A stretch of DNA of 64,000 nucleotides from an uncultured Gammaproteobacteria bacterium (GCA_963817195.1 CAWFNJ010000002.1:1511-65510), one strand, 5' to 3'; positions 10,314-19,640 are shown, counted from the first letter of the stretch. Numbers and translations: made by a program. Notes: generated by a model from the letters alone, not told the origin.

Positions 10314-12053
10314 CTAGGCGCGCCGGGCTGTCGCGACGGTCGGCGCCGCCGAGCGCGGATGCGCGTCGGCAGCGACGAGCGTTGCCGTGCCGTCTCCCAT
10401 CCGATAGACGCGATCCGCGACCTCGACCAGCGGAGACTGGTGCGATATCGCCACGATGGTGAGCTCTCCGCGCAGCCCCTCGAGCGTGCGGCAGATCGCG
10501 GCCTCCGTTTCCGGATCGAGCGCGCTCGTCGCCTCGTCGAGGATCAGGAGGCGCGGCCGATGCGCCAACGCGCGCGCGATCGCGACGCGTTGCCGTTGAC
10601 CGCCCGAGAGCTTGCCGCCGCGCTCTCCGACGATCGTATCCAGACCTTCGGGCATCGCCGAGACGACCTCCCAGATGCCCGCTGCGCGCAGCGCGGTCAC
10701 GGCGTCGGCTTCGGTCAGCTCCGGATCGCCCAACGTCACGTTGTTGCGAACGGTGTCGTGCAGGAGCACCGTGTCCTGCGGCACGTAGCCGATCATCCGG
10801 CGCCACGCACGCCAGTCGACCTGCTGCCAGCGGCAGGTCGTCGATCCAGATTTCGCCTTCCTGCGGGCGCAGCAGCGCGGTGACGAGGTCGATGACCGTC
10901 GTCTTGCCGGCGCCGGACGAGCCGACGATCACCGTGATGCCGCCGGCGGGAATCGCGAGCGCCACGTTGCGCAGGATCCAGTGGTCGCGATAGCGAAAGC
11001 CCACGCCTTCGAAGCGGATCTCGCGCGCGAGCGCGGGCGAAACGCCGTCCGGCGGATTCTCGCTCTCGCTCTTCGCTCCGTCGATCGCCGCCCGCATCGA
11101 CCAGTAGGCGCTCTCGCACGTGACCATCTTCTGGTACTCGCGCTGCATCCGGCTCATGTACAGGAGAACGCGCACGAGCAGGAACGCGAGCAGCATCACC
11201 GACGCGAGCGACATCCCGAACTCCACCAGCGCCACGTAGAGCCCGGACGCGATCAGGATCGCGAGCATCGGCTCCTGCAGCGCCCGCAGCGCCTCCTTGC
11301 TGAAGACGTCCTTCTGCAGCGCACGGTTCAACTGCGTCGTGTCGCCTTCGAGCAGCACGTTGGCGAGGTTCTCGCGGGCCATCGCCTTCAACGGCTTGAC
11401 CGATTGCAGGTTGTCGGCGAGGCGCGCGAGCAGCGAGCGCAGGAGCTTGGTCTGCTTCGCCCCGGCGCGACGCGACTTGTGCACCAGCCGGTTCAGCAGG
11501 AAGATGAACACCACGCCGGCGGCGAGCGCCACGAGCGTCGCTCGCCACGACACGAGCAGCGCGATGATCGAATAGACCGTCGCCTGGATGCAAAGCGCGA
11601 GGACGGTCGCGCCGTAGAGATACGATTCGGCGCCGCGCGTCGCCTCGGTGGCGAGGCTGTTGGAGAGCGCCCCGATCGGCTGCCGCAGGTAGTATTCCCA
11701 GCGCGCACCCAGGAGCGATCGAATGAAGTCGAGGCGCAGATCCGTCGCCACGCGCGCGACCGTGTAGCCGACCTGCTTGTTCGCCGCCAGCACGAGCACG
11801 CTCTTCAGGACCATGCCGATGACGACGATCGAGAGGAGCACGCCGACCGTCGGCGTGAGTCCGACCACCGCCAGGACACGCGTCACCGCGGCGCCGAGCC
11901 CCGACGTCGCGCCCCGTCGCCGCCACGCGCGCTCAGGAGCGGCAACAGCGTCGTGAGGCCGACGCCTTCCAGGAGACTCGCGAGCACCAGCGCGCCCAGC
12001 ACCAGCGCGCTTTGCGCGGGATAGGCGCGGCTGAAGGCGAGAAAGAGCTTCAT
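10314..12053 (-). CDS. ABC exporter, fused TMD-NBD half-transporter (MsbA-like lipid/drug exporter), frameshifted
   Basis: Manual start at 12053 gives 'MKLFLAFSRAYPAQSALVLGAL'. ORF 10147..11886 holds the six-TM domain and Walker A 'GSSGAGKTT'. ORF 10314..10796 holds 'LSGGQRQR' and 'LLILDEATSALD'. It lies 28 nt downstream of spt on the same strand. Confidence 0.8.
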
Positions 12054-12081
12054 CCGGGCGCGCGACGCGGGTGACCCCGTC

Positions 12082-13299
12082 TCAAGCGCCGGTGCCGAGC
12101 TCCGCGGCGACGATGCCCGCCGCCGACCGCAAGTCGGCGAACGCCGCGCTGACGGCGGAGATCTGCTCCTCCGTGTGGGCGGCGCTTACGCTGCAGCGGA
12201 TGAGCGAGACGCCGTTGGGCGTGGCGGGCGGCAGCATCAGGTTGACGTAGACGCCGTGCTGCACGCAGGCTCTTCCAGAACGCGGAGCGCCTCCATCCGG
12301 TCGTTCAGCACCACGGCGATCACCGGGCTCGCCGGCGCGCCCAGCGTGTAGCCCATCGCCGTCAATTCCGCGTGCAGCCGCCGGTAGTTCGCAGCGAGAC
12401 GGGCGCGGAGGTCGCGCCCCGCCGCGAGCTTCACGAGCGCCTGCCGCGTCGAGGCGATCGTCGCGGGCGAAGGCGAGGCGGTGAAGATGTAGGGACGGCT
12501 CGAGTAGCGGACGAGATCGAGCGCCGGGAGGTCGCTTACGCAAAAGCCCCCGGTGCCGCCCAGGCTCTTGCTGAACGTGCCCACGATGAAGTCCGCGTCC
12601 GCGAGCACGCCCACTTCCTCGACGAGCCCGCGGCCGCGCTCGCCCAGCACCCCCACCGAGTGGGCTTCGTCCACGAGCAGGTAGCCGCCGAAGCTCGCGC
12701 TTGACCTCCACGATCTCGGCGAGCGGCGCGCGATCGCCCAGCATGCTGTAGATGCCTTCGACCACGATCAGCGTGTCGGCCGCGCGCGCTCCGAGCCGGC
12801 GCATGCGCTTCGCGAGGTCGTCGACGTTGTTGTGCCGAAACCGGATGACCTCCGCGCCGGCCAGTCGGCAACCGTCGTAGATGCTGGCGTGGCAGTCGGC
12901 ATCGAGCAGCACGACGTCGTTCTGGCCCGTGAGCCCCGCGAGCAGGCCGAGGTTTGCCTGATAGCCCGTCGAGAACACGATCGCGTCGCGCATTTCGTAG
13001 AACGCCGCGAGCTCCCGTTCGAGCCGGCGGTGATTCGAATAGCTGCCGTTCGCCATGCGGGAGCCGGTCGTGCCCGTGCCTTCGGTGTCGAGCGCCTGCT
13101 TCGCCGCCGCGACGCAGTCGGGATCGAAGGTCAAGCCGAGGTAGTTGTTCGTGCCGGCGAGAATGGTCCGCCGGCCGTGAATGATGCCTTCGGTCGGCGA
13201 CAGGATGCGCTCGATCTCGACGCCGAATGGATCGATGCCGATCGTCTCGAGCTCGCGCCGCGCCGACGCCAGGCCCTGGAACTTGTCGAAGAGTCCCAT
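12082..13299 (-). CDS. spt: serine palmitoyltransferase-like alpha-oxoamine synthase (PLP-dependent), frameshifted
   Basis: ORF 12082..13515 has 'ILAGTNNYLGLTFDPDCVAAAKQAL..GSRMANGSY..VFSTGYQANLG..LDADCHASIYDG..IRFRHNNVDDL'. ORF 12237..12674 has 'VDEAHSVGV' and 'GTFSKSLGGTGGF' (PLP lysine). The C-terminus is 'YVNLMLPPATPNGVSLIRCSVSAAHTEEQI'. From memory this is collinear with Sphingomonas SPT. Its ATG overlaps the ACP stop. Confidence 0.8.
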   Translation of the reverse strand: MGLFDKFQGLASARRELETIGIDPFGVEIERILSPTEGIIHGRRTILAGTNNYLGLTFDPDCVAAAKQALDTEGTGTTGSRMANGSYSNHRRLERELAAFYEMRDAIVFSTGYQANLGLLAGLTGQNDVVLLDADCHASIYDGCRLAGAEVIRFRHNNVDDLAKRMRRLGARAADTLIVVEGIYSMLGDRAPLAEIVEVKRELRRLPARGRSPLGGGAGRARPRARRGSGRARGRGLHRGHVQQEPGRHRGLLRKRPPGARSRPLLEPSLHLHRLAFARDDRLDAAGAREARGGARPPRPSRCELPAAARGIDGDGLHAGRAGEPGDRRGAERPDGGAPRSGRACVQHGVYVNLMLPPATPNGVSLIRCSVSAAHTEEQISAVSAAFADLRSAAGIVAAELGTGA

Positions 13300-13571
13300 C
13301 AGCTTGCCCGGACGAGCTGCTCGATCTGCTTCGCGAGGTCGCCGACGGTCTTCACGTCCGGAAGGATGCTGACCGGAATGGAGATGTCGAACCGATCCTC
13401 GATCTGCAGCATGAGGTTCATGACCTGGAGCGAGTCGAGGCCCAGGTCGCCCAGCAAATCCGTGTCTTCGCCGACCTCGACGCGCCCTTGCGTCAGCGTC
13501 GTGAGCTCGGCGCAAATCTCCGCCACGATCTGCGGATAGTCGACGGTAACGTTTCCTGTCATGGCGTTCAT
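13299..13571 (-). CDS. acyl carrier protein (dedicated, sphingolipid-cluster type)
   Basis: This is an intact 90-aa ORF with 'DTDLLGDLGLDSLQVMNLMLQIEDRF' (DSL phosphopantetheine site). It has ATGA overlaps with both neighbours, at 13299-13301 and 13568-13571. Confidence 0.8.
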   Translation of the reverse strand: MNAMTGNVTVDYPQIVAEICAELTTLTQGRVEVGEDTDLLGDLGLDSLQVMNLMLQIEDRFDISIPVSILPDVKTVGDLAKQIEQLVRAS

Positions 13572-14515
13572 GGCTTTCGCGTGGCGTAGGCTCGGGCGAG
13601 GCCCTCTTCGAGCCCGACGGCCGCCCGCCAGCCCATTGTGCTGGCGTAGTCGTGACTATCGCACAACCAGTCCGGGTGGGTGATCTCGCGCACCTTGCCG
13701 GGGGTCAGCATCGGGTCGTAACCCAGAAGCCGCGCGGCCGCGAGATTGGCCGCGGCCGCGAGCTTCAACAGCGCCACGGGAATCGGCAGCCGATGGACCG
13801 TCGCGCCGCCGCGCAGCACGCGTCCCGCGACGGCGAGCACGGTGTCCCAATCGTAGCCTCCGGCGTGCCCGTCATCGAGCTCGAAGCTGCGGCCGTAGCC
13901 CGCGTCGGCCGCGAGCCAGCGCAGCACCGCGGTCGCGAGATCGTCGACGTACAGCAGCGAAAAGCGCCCGGTGCTTCCCGCGGGCAGCGGCGCCAGCCCT
14001 CGCGCCACCCAGCGAAAAAGCGGCCGCAGCTCCTTCTCGCCGGGCCCATAGACGGCAGGCGGGCGCAGCACCGTCCAGCGCAACTGGTCCGGGGCGGCTT
14101 CCACCGCAACCTCGCCGTGGCGCTTGCTGGCGGCGTACGCCGACAGTTGGGGCATCCGCGCCGCCAGCGAGGAGATGAACAGGAATCGTGGTGCCGGCGT
14201 AAGGCTCGCGGCGACTCGCACGAGCCGGCGAGTGCCTTCGGCGTTGATCCGCTCGAACCCGGCGCGGCCGGCGCCGCGCACGGTCCCGGCGCAGTGAACG
14301 ATCGCCTCGGCGCCGGTCACGAGCGCACGCAACGATGGCTCGTCGGCAAGATCGCCTTCGACCCATTCGACGCCGCGCTGCGGCACCGGCGTGCGCCCCG
14401 ACCGGCGGCGATAGAGCGCGCGCACGCTCCACCCGCCCTCGACGAGCCACGGCAGCAGCGCCGAGCCGATGAATCCGGTCGCTCCGGTGAGCGCGACTTG
14501 GGGTTGGACGGTCAA
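13568..14515 (-). CDS. NAD-dependent epimerase/dehydratase-family reductase (candidate ceramide/3-keto reductase, CerR-like)
   Basis: This is the C-terminal ~315 aa of ORF 13568..16057. It has 'LTGATGFIGSALLPWL' (Rossmann) and 'SAYAASKRHGE' (YxxxK). TTG start inferred at 14515. It sits between the acyl-AMP ligase and the ACP. Confidence 0.65.
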   Translation of the reverse strand: MTVQPQVALTGATGFIGSALLPWLVEGGWSVRALYRRRSGRTPVPQRGVEWVEGDLADEPSLRALVTGAEAIVHCAGTVRGAGRAGFERINAEGTRRLVRVAASLTPAPRFLFISSLAARMPQLSAYAASKRHGEVAVEAAPDQLRWTVLRPPAVYGPGEKELRPLFRWVARGLAPLPAGSTGRFSLLYVDDLATAVLRWLAADAGYGRSFELDDGHAGGYDWDTVLAVAGRVLRGGATVHRLPIPVALLKLAAAANLAAARLLGYDPMLTPGKVREITHPDWLCDSHDYASTMGWRAAVGLEEGLARAYATRKP

Positions 14516-14607
14516 GCAGACGACGCCGGGATCGAGACGTGAAAGAAACGGGAATGCCGCGTCGCGGCCGCCGGCCGCGCGGGCTACCGGCGCTTCGAGC
14601 CTTAAAC

Positions 14608-16379
14608 CTACGACGCGGCCGAGGCGACCGCCGACTGGCTCGCGTCCCCGGCGCCGCTGCGCGCGGCCTTGCGCTCCTGCGCACGCCGCTCGAGGTAGTC
14701 CTCGCGCGCGGCGGCCCGCGACAGCTTGCCCGACGACGTGCGCGGCAGCGTGTGCCGCGGCACGAGCTCGATCACGCAGGAAATGCCGAGCTCTTCGTGA
14801 ATTTCGCGATGGAGCCGCTGCGTGAGCTTGCGGCCTTCCGCCGGATCGTTGATGTTCGACTGCACGACGACCACGGCGACTTCCTCGTCTTCGGAACCGA
14901 GCACGAAGAACGCCGACGCGTCCATCGACCGCAGTTCCGGCTGCCGCTCGGCGATGTGCTCGATGTCCTGCGGCCAGATGTTGCGGCCGTTGATGATGAT
15001 CATGTCCTTGTGGCGGCCGGTGACGACGATGCTGCCCTCGACCAGGTAGCCGATGTCGCCCGTGTCGAGCCAGCCGTCGTGCGACAGCGACTGGCGCGTC
15101 TGCTCGGGCTGCGCGAAATACCCGGACATGACGCTCGGTCCGCGCACTTTTATGCGCCCGACATGAAGATCGGGAAGGGGCCTTCCCTGGTCGTCGCGCA
15201 CGGCGACCTCGTGTCCCGGCAGCGGCCCGCCGCAGCGGACGAAGCCGTTGACCCGGCCCGTGTCGCTGACCGGCGGGAATCACGCGCAAATGCTCCGCCA
15301 GGTGATCGGCGTCGATCCAGTCGACGACCACGCCGCTCTTGAGCGGCGAGAAACTGATCGCGAGCGAGCTTTCGGCCATGCCGTAGCAGGGGACGAACGC
15401 GCGGGGATCGAATCCGGCCGGCGCGAGCAGCTTGGCGAAGCGGTCCGGCAGCTCGGCGCGAATGGGCTCGGCGCCGATGCCGGCGATGCGCCACGCCGCG
15501 AGGTCGTAGCCCGCGACGTCTTCGGGACGAATCCGGCGCGCGCAAAGCTCGTAGCCGAACGGCGGGCTGAACGAGATCGTCGCCTTCGTGTTGGTCATCA
15601 ACTCGAGCCAGCGGCGCGGCCGCATCGCGAAATCGCGCGTGTCGAGATAGTCGATCGAGCGCTGTGTCGCCATCGGCGCGAGCATGCAGCCGACGAGACC
15701 CATGTCGTGGTAGAACGGCAGCCACGAGACGCAGCGGTCGTCGGGCTTGATGTCGAGACCGTGATTGACCACGCCGGCGAGATTGCTCAAGGACCGCGTG
15801 CTGGGTAATGACGACGCCGCGCGGAAAGCTCGTGCTGCCCGAGGTGTATTGCAGGTATGCGGTTTCGGTCGGGCCGCTCGGGTGGAGCTCGACGTCTTGC
15901 TCCGGCAGCTCGTCGAAGTCGGCGGGCGTGCCCGTGAAAGCGAGGTCCATGCCCTCGGCTGCCTCGCGCAGGAAACGCAGGAACTGGGTCGACGCCGTGG
16001 CGACCGATGCCCCGCAACCCACGAGCAGCCCGCGCAGCCGGGCAACGTAGGCGGCATGGCCGCCCAGGTTCGCCGAGGCCGGCAGCGCCACCGGAACGAG
16101 ACCGGCGTACTGGCACGCGAAGAAGAAGCGCAGGAAATCCGGGCTGGTCTCCGCGATCACCGCGACGCGCGCGCCGCGCTCGAGCTCGAGCGACAGGAGC
16201 CGGCGCGCGAGCTTCTGCGCCTCGATGCGCAGCGTGCGATAGGGAAGCACCGCGGCGAGCTTGCCGCTGCCCGCGTAGAAGTTCGCGCCCGTGTCTCCCT
16301 GCGCGGCGTAATCCAGCGCGTCGGCCAGGCTCGCGAAATCGGCACGCCGCAGCGGCAGCGAATTCACGGTCGGCGTCAT
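14608..16379 (-). CDS. fatty acyl-AMP ligase / acyl-ACP synthetase-type adenylate-forming enzyme, frameshifted
   Basis: ORF 15150..16463 starts at 'MTPTVNSLPLRRADF' and has 'YLQYTSGSTSFPRGVVITQ'. The middle part lies in ORF 13568..16057. ORF 14608..15201 has 'DGWLDTGDIGYL' and 'LPRTSSGKLSR'. Confidence 0.75.
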
Positions 16380-16899
16380 CCGCGGCGCGGATCCAAAATC
16401 TGGCGTTCGATTCAGTTTGATTCCCCTCGAGGGCATCTCTCTACGTGCCTTGACCCAACCCAAGGCGTCGATGCGCTCGGCTCAAAAGAAAGACCTCGGA
16501 ATCCAGCGCGGGGCCGTCCCATATGATTGAATCAGTTTCTTGGGACTGTTTTATGGTTGTCCTGCCGCTCAAACCGTAAGTTTAGCAGGTAATGACTCCA
16601 AAGTAGACCGTAACTGTAGCCAGCGCGTCAAGAAACTCGGGCCCGCCGACCGCTTCCTTGTAGGATAATGTTGCGATATCGACCACTGGCGGGCGGCGCG
16701 CCCGGGGGATTGGCCCCCGCGTTTGGGTTTTCCCGGAGCCTCATGCGGCAAGGCGCCACGCCATTCGGGCCTCGGCAGGCCGTTCCGGCCCCGCCGCGGC
16801 CCGCTGGAGCCACCCTGCTGGCGGGTCGGCGGCTTTCGGGTGCCACTCAGTTGCCACCCCGGCACCGCATCCGACCGACAAACCTCTTCCACCCCGGAT
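16380..16899. promoter_or_regulatory. 520-bp divergent intergenic/promoter region between the ceramide operon and the GNAT gene
   Basis: There is no credible ORF. It holds the lowest GC in the window (16501-16620 = 58/120 GC, 48%, by hand count). Short repeated motifs are 'gattcagtttgattc' at ~16399 and 'gattgaatcagttt' at ~16526. A 'gataat' sits at 16664-16669. Confidence 0.4.
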
Positions 16900-18056
16900 T
16901 TGACTCAGGATCTCAGCGCCCATCCGCGTTACCGCCGTCGACAGCGATGCGGCGCTGGATCGGTTCCTGAGCGTTCCGGCGTGGGTTTTCGCATCGGACC
17001 CGGCGTGGGTCGCGCCGCTGCGCCTGGAGCGGCGCATGCACCTGTCGCCCAAGCACAATCCCTACTTTCAGCATGCCCGGTGGCAGGCATGGATCGCGTG
17101 GCGCGGGAGCAAGCCCGTCGGGCGGCATCAGCGCGCAGATCGATGCGCTGCACCTCGAGCGCTACGCCGACGCCACCGGCTTCTTCGGCATGCTGGATGC
17201 GGAGGATCGGCAGGACGCTTTCGCGGCGCTGCTTGGGACCGCGGAGCGCTGGCTCCGCGACAACGGGATGCGGCGCGTCCGCGGCCCGTTCGGCCTGTCG
17301 ATCAACGAGGAAGCCGGACTGCTGATCGAGGGCTTCGACACCCCGCCCGTCTTCATGATGGGACACGCCCGGCCGTACTACTCGACGCGCATCGAGGCGC
17401 AAGGCTATCGCAAGGCGGTCGACACGCTCGCCTATACGATCCACGCGGATTTCCAGCCGTCGCCCGTGATGGCGAAGCTCGTCGCCGCGGCGCAGAAGCG
17501 CGTGCATGTCCGGCCGCTCGATCGGAAGCGCTTCGACGCCGAGATCGCGCTCCTGCGCGACATCTTCAACGATGCCTGGGCGGAGAACTGGGGATTCCTC
17601 CCGTTCACCGACGCCGAATTCACGGAGCTCGGCCGGAACCTGCGCTTTCTCGTCGATCCCGGGCTGATCCGGATCGCCGAGGTCGACGGCGAGCCAGCCG
17701 CGTTCATGGTGGTCATCCCCAACCTCAACGAGGCGATCCGCGGGCTCGACGGTCGGCTGCTGCCGTTCGGCTGGGCGAAGCTCCTGTGGCGGCTCAAGGT
17801 TCGCCACCCGAAGCACCGCCCGCGTCCCGCTGATGGGCGTGCGGCGGAAATTTCAGCGCACGCGCCTCGGTCCCGCGCTCGCCTTCCTCGTGATCGCCGC
17901 CGCGCAGCCCAGGACCCTGGAGCTCGGCGTCAAGGAAGTCGAGCTGTCGTGGATCCTGGAGAACAACGAAGGCATGCGCAGCATCATCGAGTCGATCAGG
18001 CGGCTCACGCGTACAAGCGCTATCGCATCTACGAACGAGAGCTCGATGCAGATTGA
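16900..18056 (+). CDS. GNAT-fold acyltransferase, candidate bacterial ceramide synthase (bCerS-like), frameshifted
   Basis: Manual N-terminus is 'IRVTAVDSDAALDRFLSVPAWVFASDPAWVAPLRLERRMHLSPKHNPYFQHARWQAWIAW'. ORF 17073..18056 has 'RVRGPFGLSINEEAGLLIEGF..PFTDAEFTELG..IRIAEVDGEPAAFMVVIPNLNEA'. ORF 17833.. has 'VELSWILENNEGMRSIIESI', and the gene ends 'YKRYRIYERELDAD'. It is divergent from the spt operon. Confidence 0.5.
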
Positions 18057-18132
18057 CGACCCCCACGCTCACTGCGTTCGCTGCCCCCAGAGGGGGAGCA
18101 CAGGCGCCCTTCGGACGGCCGGGCGGGCGCTG

Positions 18133-18918
18133 ATGTCCTTTGCCGCCGTCGTGCTCGCCGCCGATCGCGGCCGGAACGATCCGGTGGCGCTCGCCGCCGG
18201 CGTCGCCGCCAAGTGCCTGACGCCGATCGCCGGCAGTCCGATGGTCTCGCGCGTCGTGCGCGCGCTCGAGCGTAGCGGACGCGTCGGACGCATCCTGCTC
18301 TGCGGCCCCGCCGAGGAGACGGTCGAAGGATCGCTCGACTTGCGCGAGATGACGACGGACGGCGACATCGGCTGGATCGCGCCGCAGGCAACCCCCTGCA
18401 CGAGCGCCGCGGCGGCACTGGCCACGCTCCCGAGCGACGCGCCGGTGCTCGTCACCACGGGCGATCACGCGCTGCTCGAGGCCGAGATGGTTCGCCTCTT
18501 CCTGGACGAGGCTCTCGCCCGCGGCGGCGACGTCGCCGTGGCACTCGCGCCGTACGACCTCGTCCGCGAAGCCTATCCGCAGACGCGGCGCACCGTGCTC
18601 GAGTTCAGCGACGGCCGCTTCTGCGGCTGCAACCTGTTCGCCTTTCTCACGCCGCGCGGCCGCGAAATGGTGAAGGTCTGGAAACAGGTCGAGGACGATC
18701 GCAAGAAGCCCATTCGCGTCATCGGCCTCGTCGGCTGGGGCGCGATGGCGCGCTATGCGCTCGGAATGCTGAGCCTCGCGGACGGCGTCCGGCGGATATC
18801 GAAGCAGACGGGGATCGCGGCGAGCGTGGTCACCCTGCCCTTCGCCGAGGCGGCGATCGACGTCGATACCGTCGCGGACCTGGAGCTCGTGCGCGCGATC
18901 GCGGCTAGGCGGCAGTGA
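18133..18918 (+). CDS. NTP-transferase-fold protein (MobA/CofC-like nucleotidyltransferase); apparently intact
   Basis: This is the tail of ORF 17833..18918, starting 'MSFAAVVLAADRGRNDPVALAAGVAAKCLTPIAGSPMVSRVVRAL'. It also has 'VLVTTGDHALLEAEM' and 'AAIDVDTVADLE'. The fold-level call comes from the N-terminal glycine-poor NTase pattern only. Confidence 0.45.
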   Translation: MSFAAVVLAADRGRNDPVALAAGVAAKCLTPIAGSPMVSRVVRALERSGRVGRILLCGPAEETVEGSLDLREMTTDGDIGWIAPQATPCTSAAAALATLPSDAPVLVTTGDHALLEAEMVRLFLDEALARGGDVAVALAPYDLVREAYPQTRRTVLEFSDGRFCGCNLFAFLTPRGREMVKVWKQVEDDRKKPIRVIGLVGWGAMARYALGMLSLADGVRRISKQTGIAASVVTLPFAEAAIDVDTVADLELVRAIAARRQ

Positions 18919-19640
18919 CCCAGGCGGCGCCGGGCGTCGACGCGCGTTCGAGATCGGCCGGGCTGTCCACTTCGGTCCATCCCGTCGCCGGAATCTCCTG
19001 CGTGTAGACCGACCCGCTCTTCGCGAGAGCGTCGATCAGCGACAGGTACCACTGCGACAGCGCCGCCGGCGTGCGCAGCGCCCGGTCCATCGCGTCGCGG
19101 AAGAGGCGCGCGCCCTCGCCGCGGAAGGTCATCATCCCGATCGATTCCGCGTTCACCTCGTCGCGCGGGAGCTTCTTGCCCACCTGCAGCAGCCGATCGC
19201 CGTCGCGGATCACTTTCATGTCGTCGTCGTCGTATTGATCCTTGCGGCTGACGGCGAGCGTGATCGGGTGCTCCGGGCGCCGCGAGGAGCCGCTCGAGCA
19301 CCGCGGCGTCGAACAGCGTGTCGCCGTTCAGGAGCAGGAACTCGCGCTCCATTTCGCCGCGCGCGACCCAGCAGCTGACGAGGTTGTCGGTGATCGTGTA
19401 GAACGGGTTGTAGAGGGTGCGGATGCGCCGCGGGCCGTAGCGTTCGGCGAGCCCCGCTTCGACGAGCTCGGCGCCGAAGCCGACCACGACCGTGATGTCG
19501 TCGACGCCGCAGCGCAAGAGCGCGTCGATCTGCCGGCCGATGAGCGGGCGCCCCAGCACCGGAAGCATGCATTTCGGCGCGCGCTCGGTGAGCGGCAGCA
19601 ATCGCTTGCCTTGACCGGCGCTCAGGATAATCGCTTTCAC
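18905..19640 (-). CDS. sugar/alcohol-phosphate nucleotidyl(cytidylyl)transferase, LicC/IPCT-like; one frameshift
   Basis: GTG start at 19640. ORF 18753..19694 has 'KAIILSAGQGKRLLPLTERAPKCMLPVLGRPLI..DITVVVGF..LLLNGDTLFD'. ORF 18905..19219 has 'ESIGMMTFRGEG..QWYLSLID..TGWTEVDSPADLE'. Its 3' end overlaps the convergent gene by 14 bp. Confidence 0.65.

Noticed and set aside
16390-16412. A tRNA-like T-arm, 'ggcgttcgattcagtttgattcc', resembling GGTTCGAATCC.
   Set aside because: I could not fold a matching acceptor stem, anticodon arm or D-arm around it, and the T-loop consensus is itself broken. It is more likely a promoter-region repeat.
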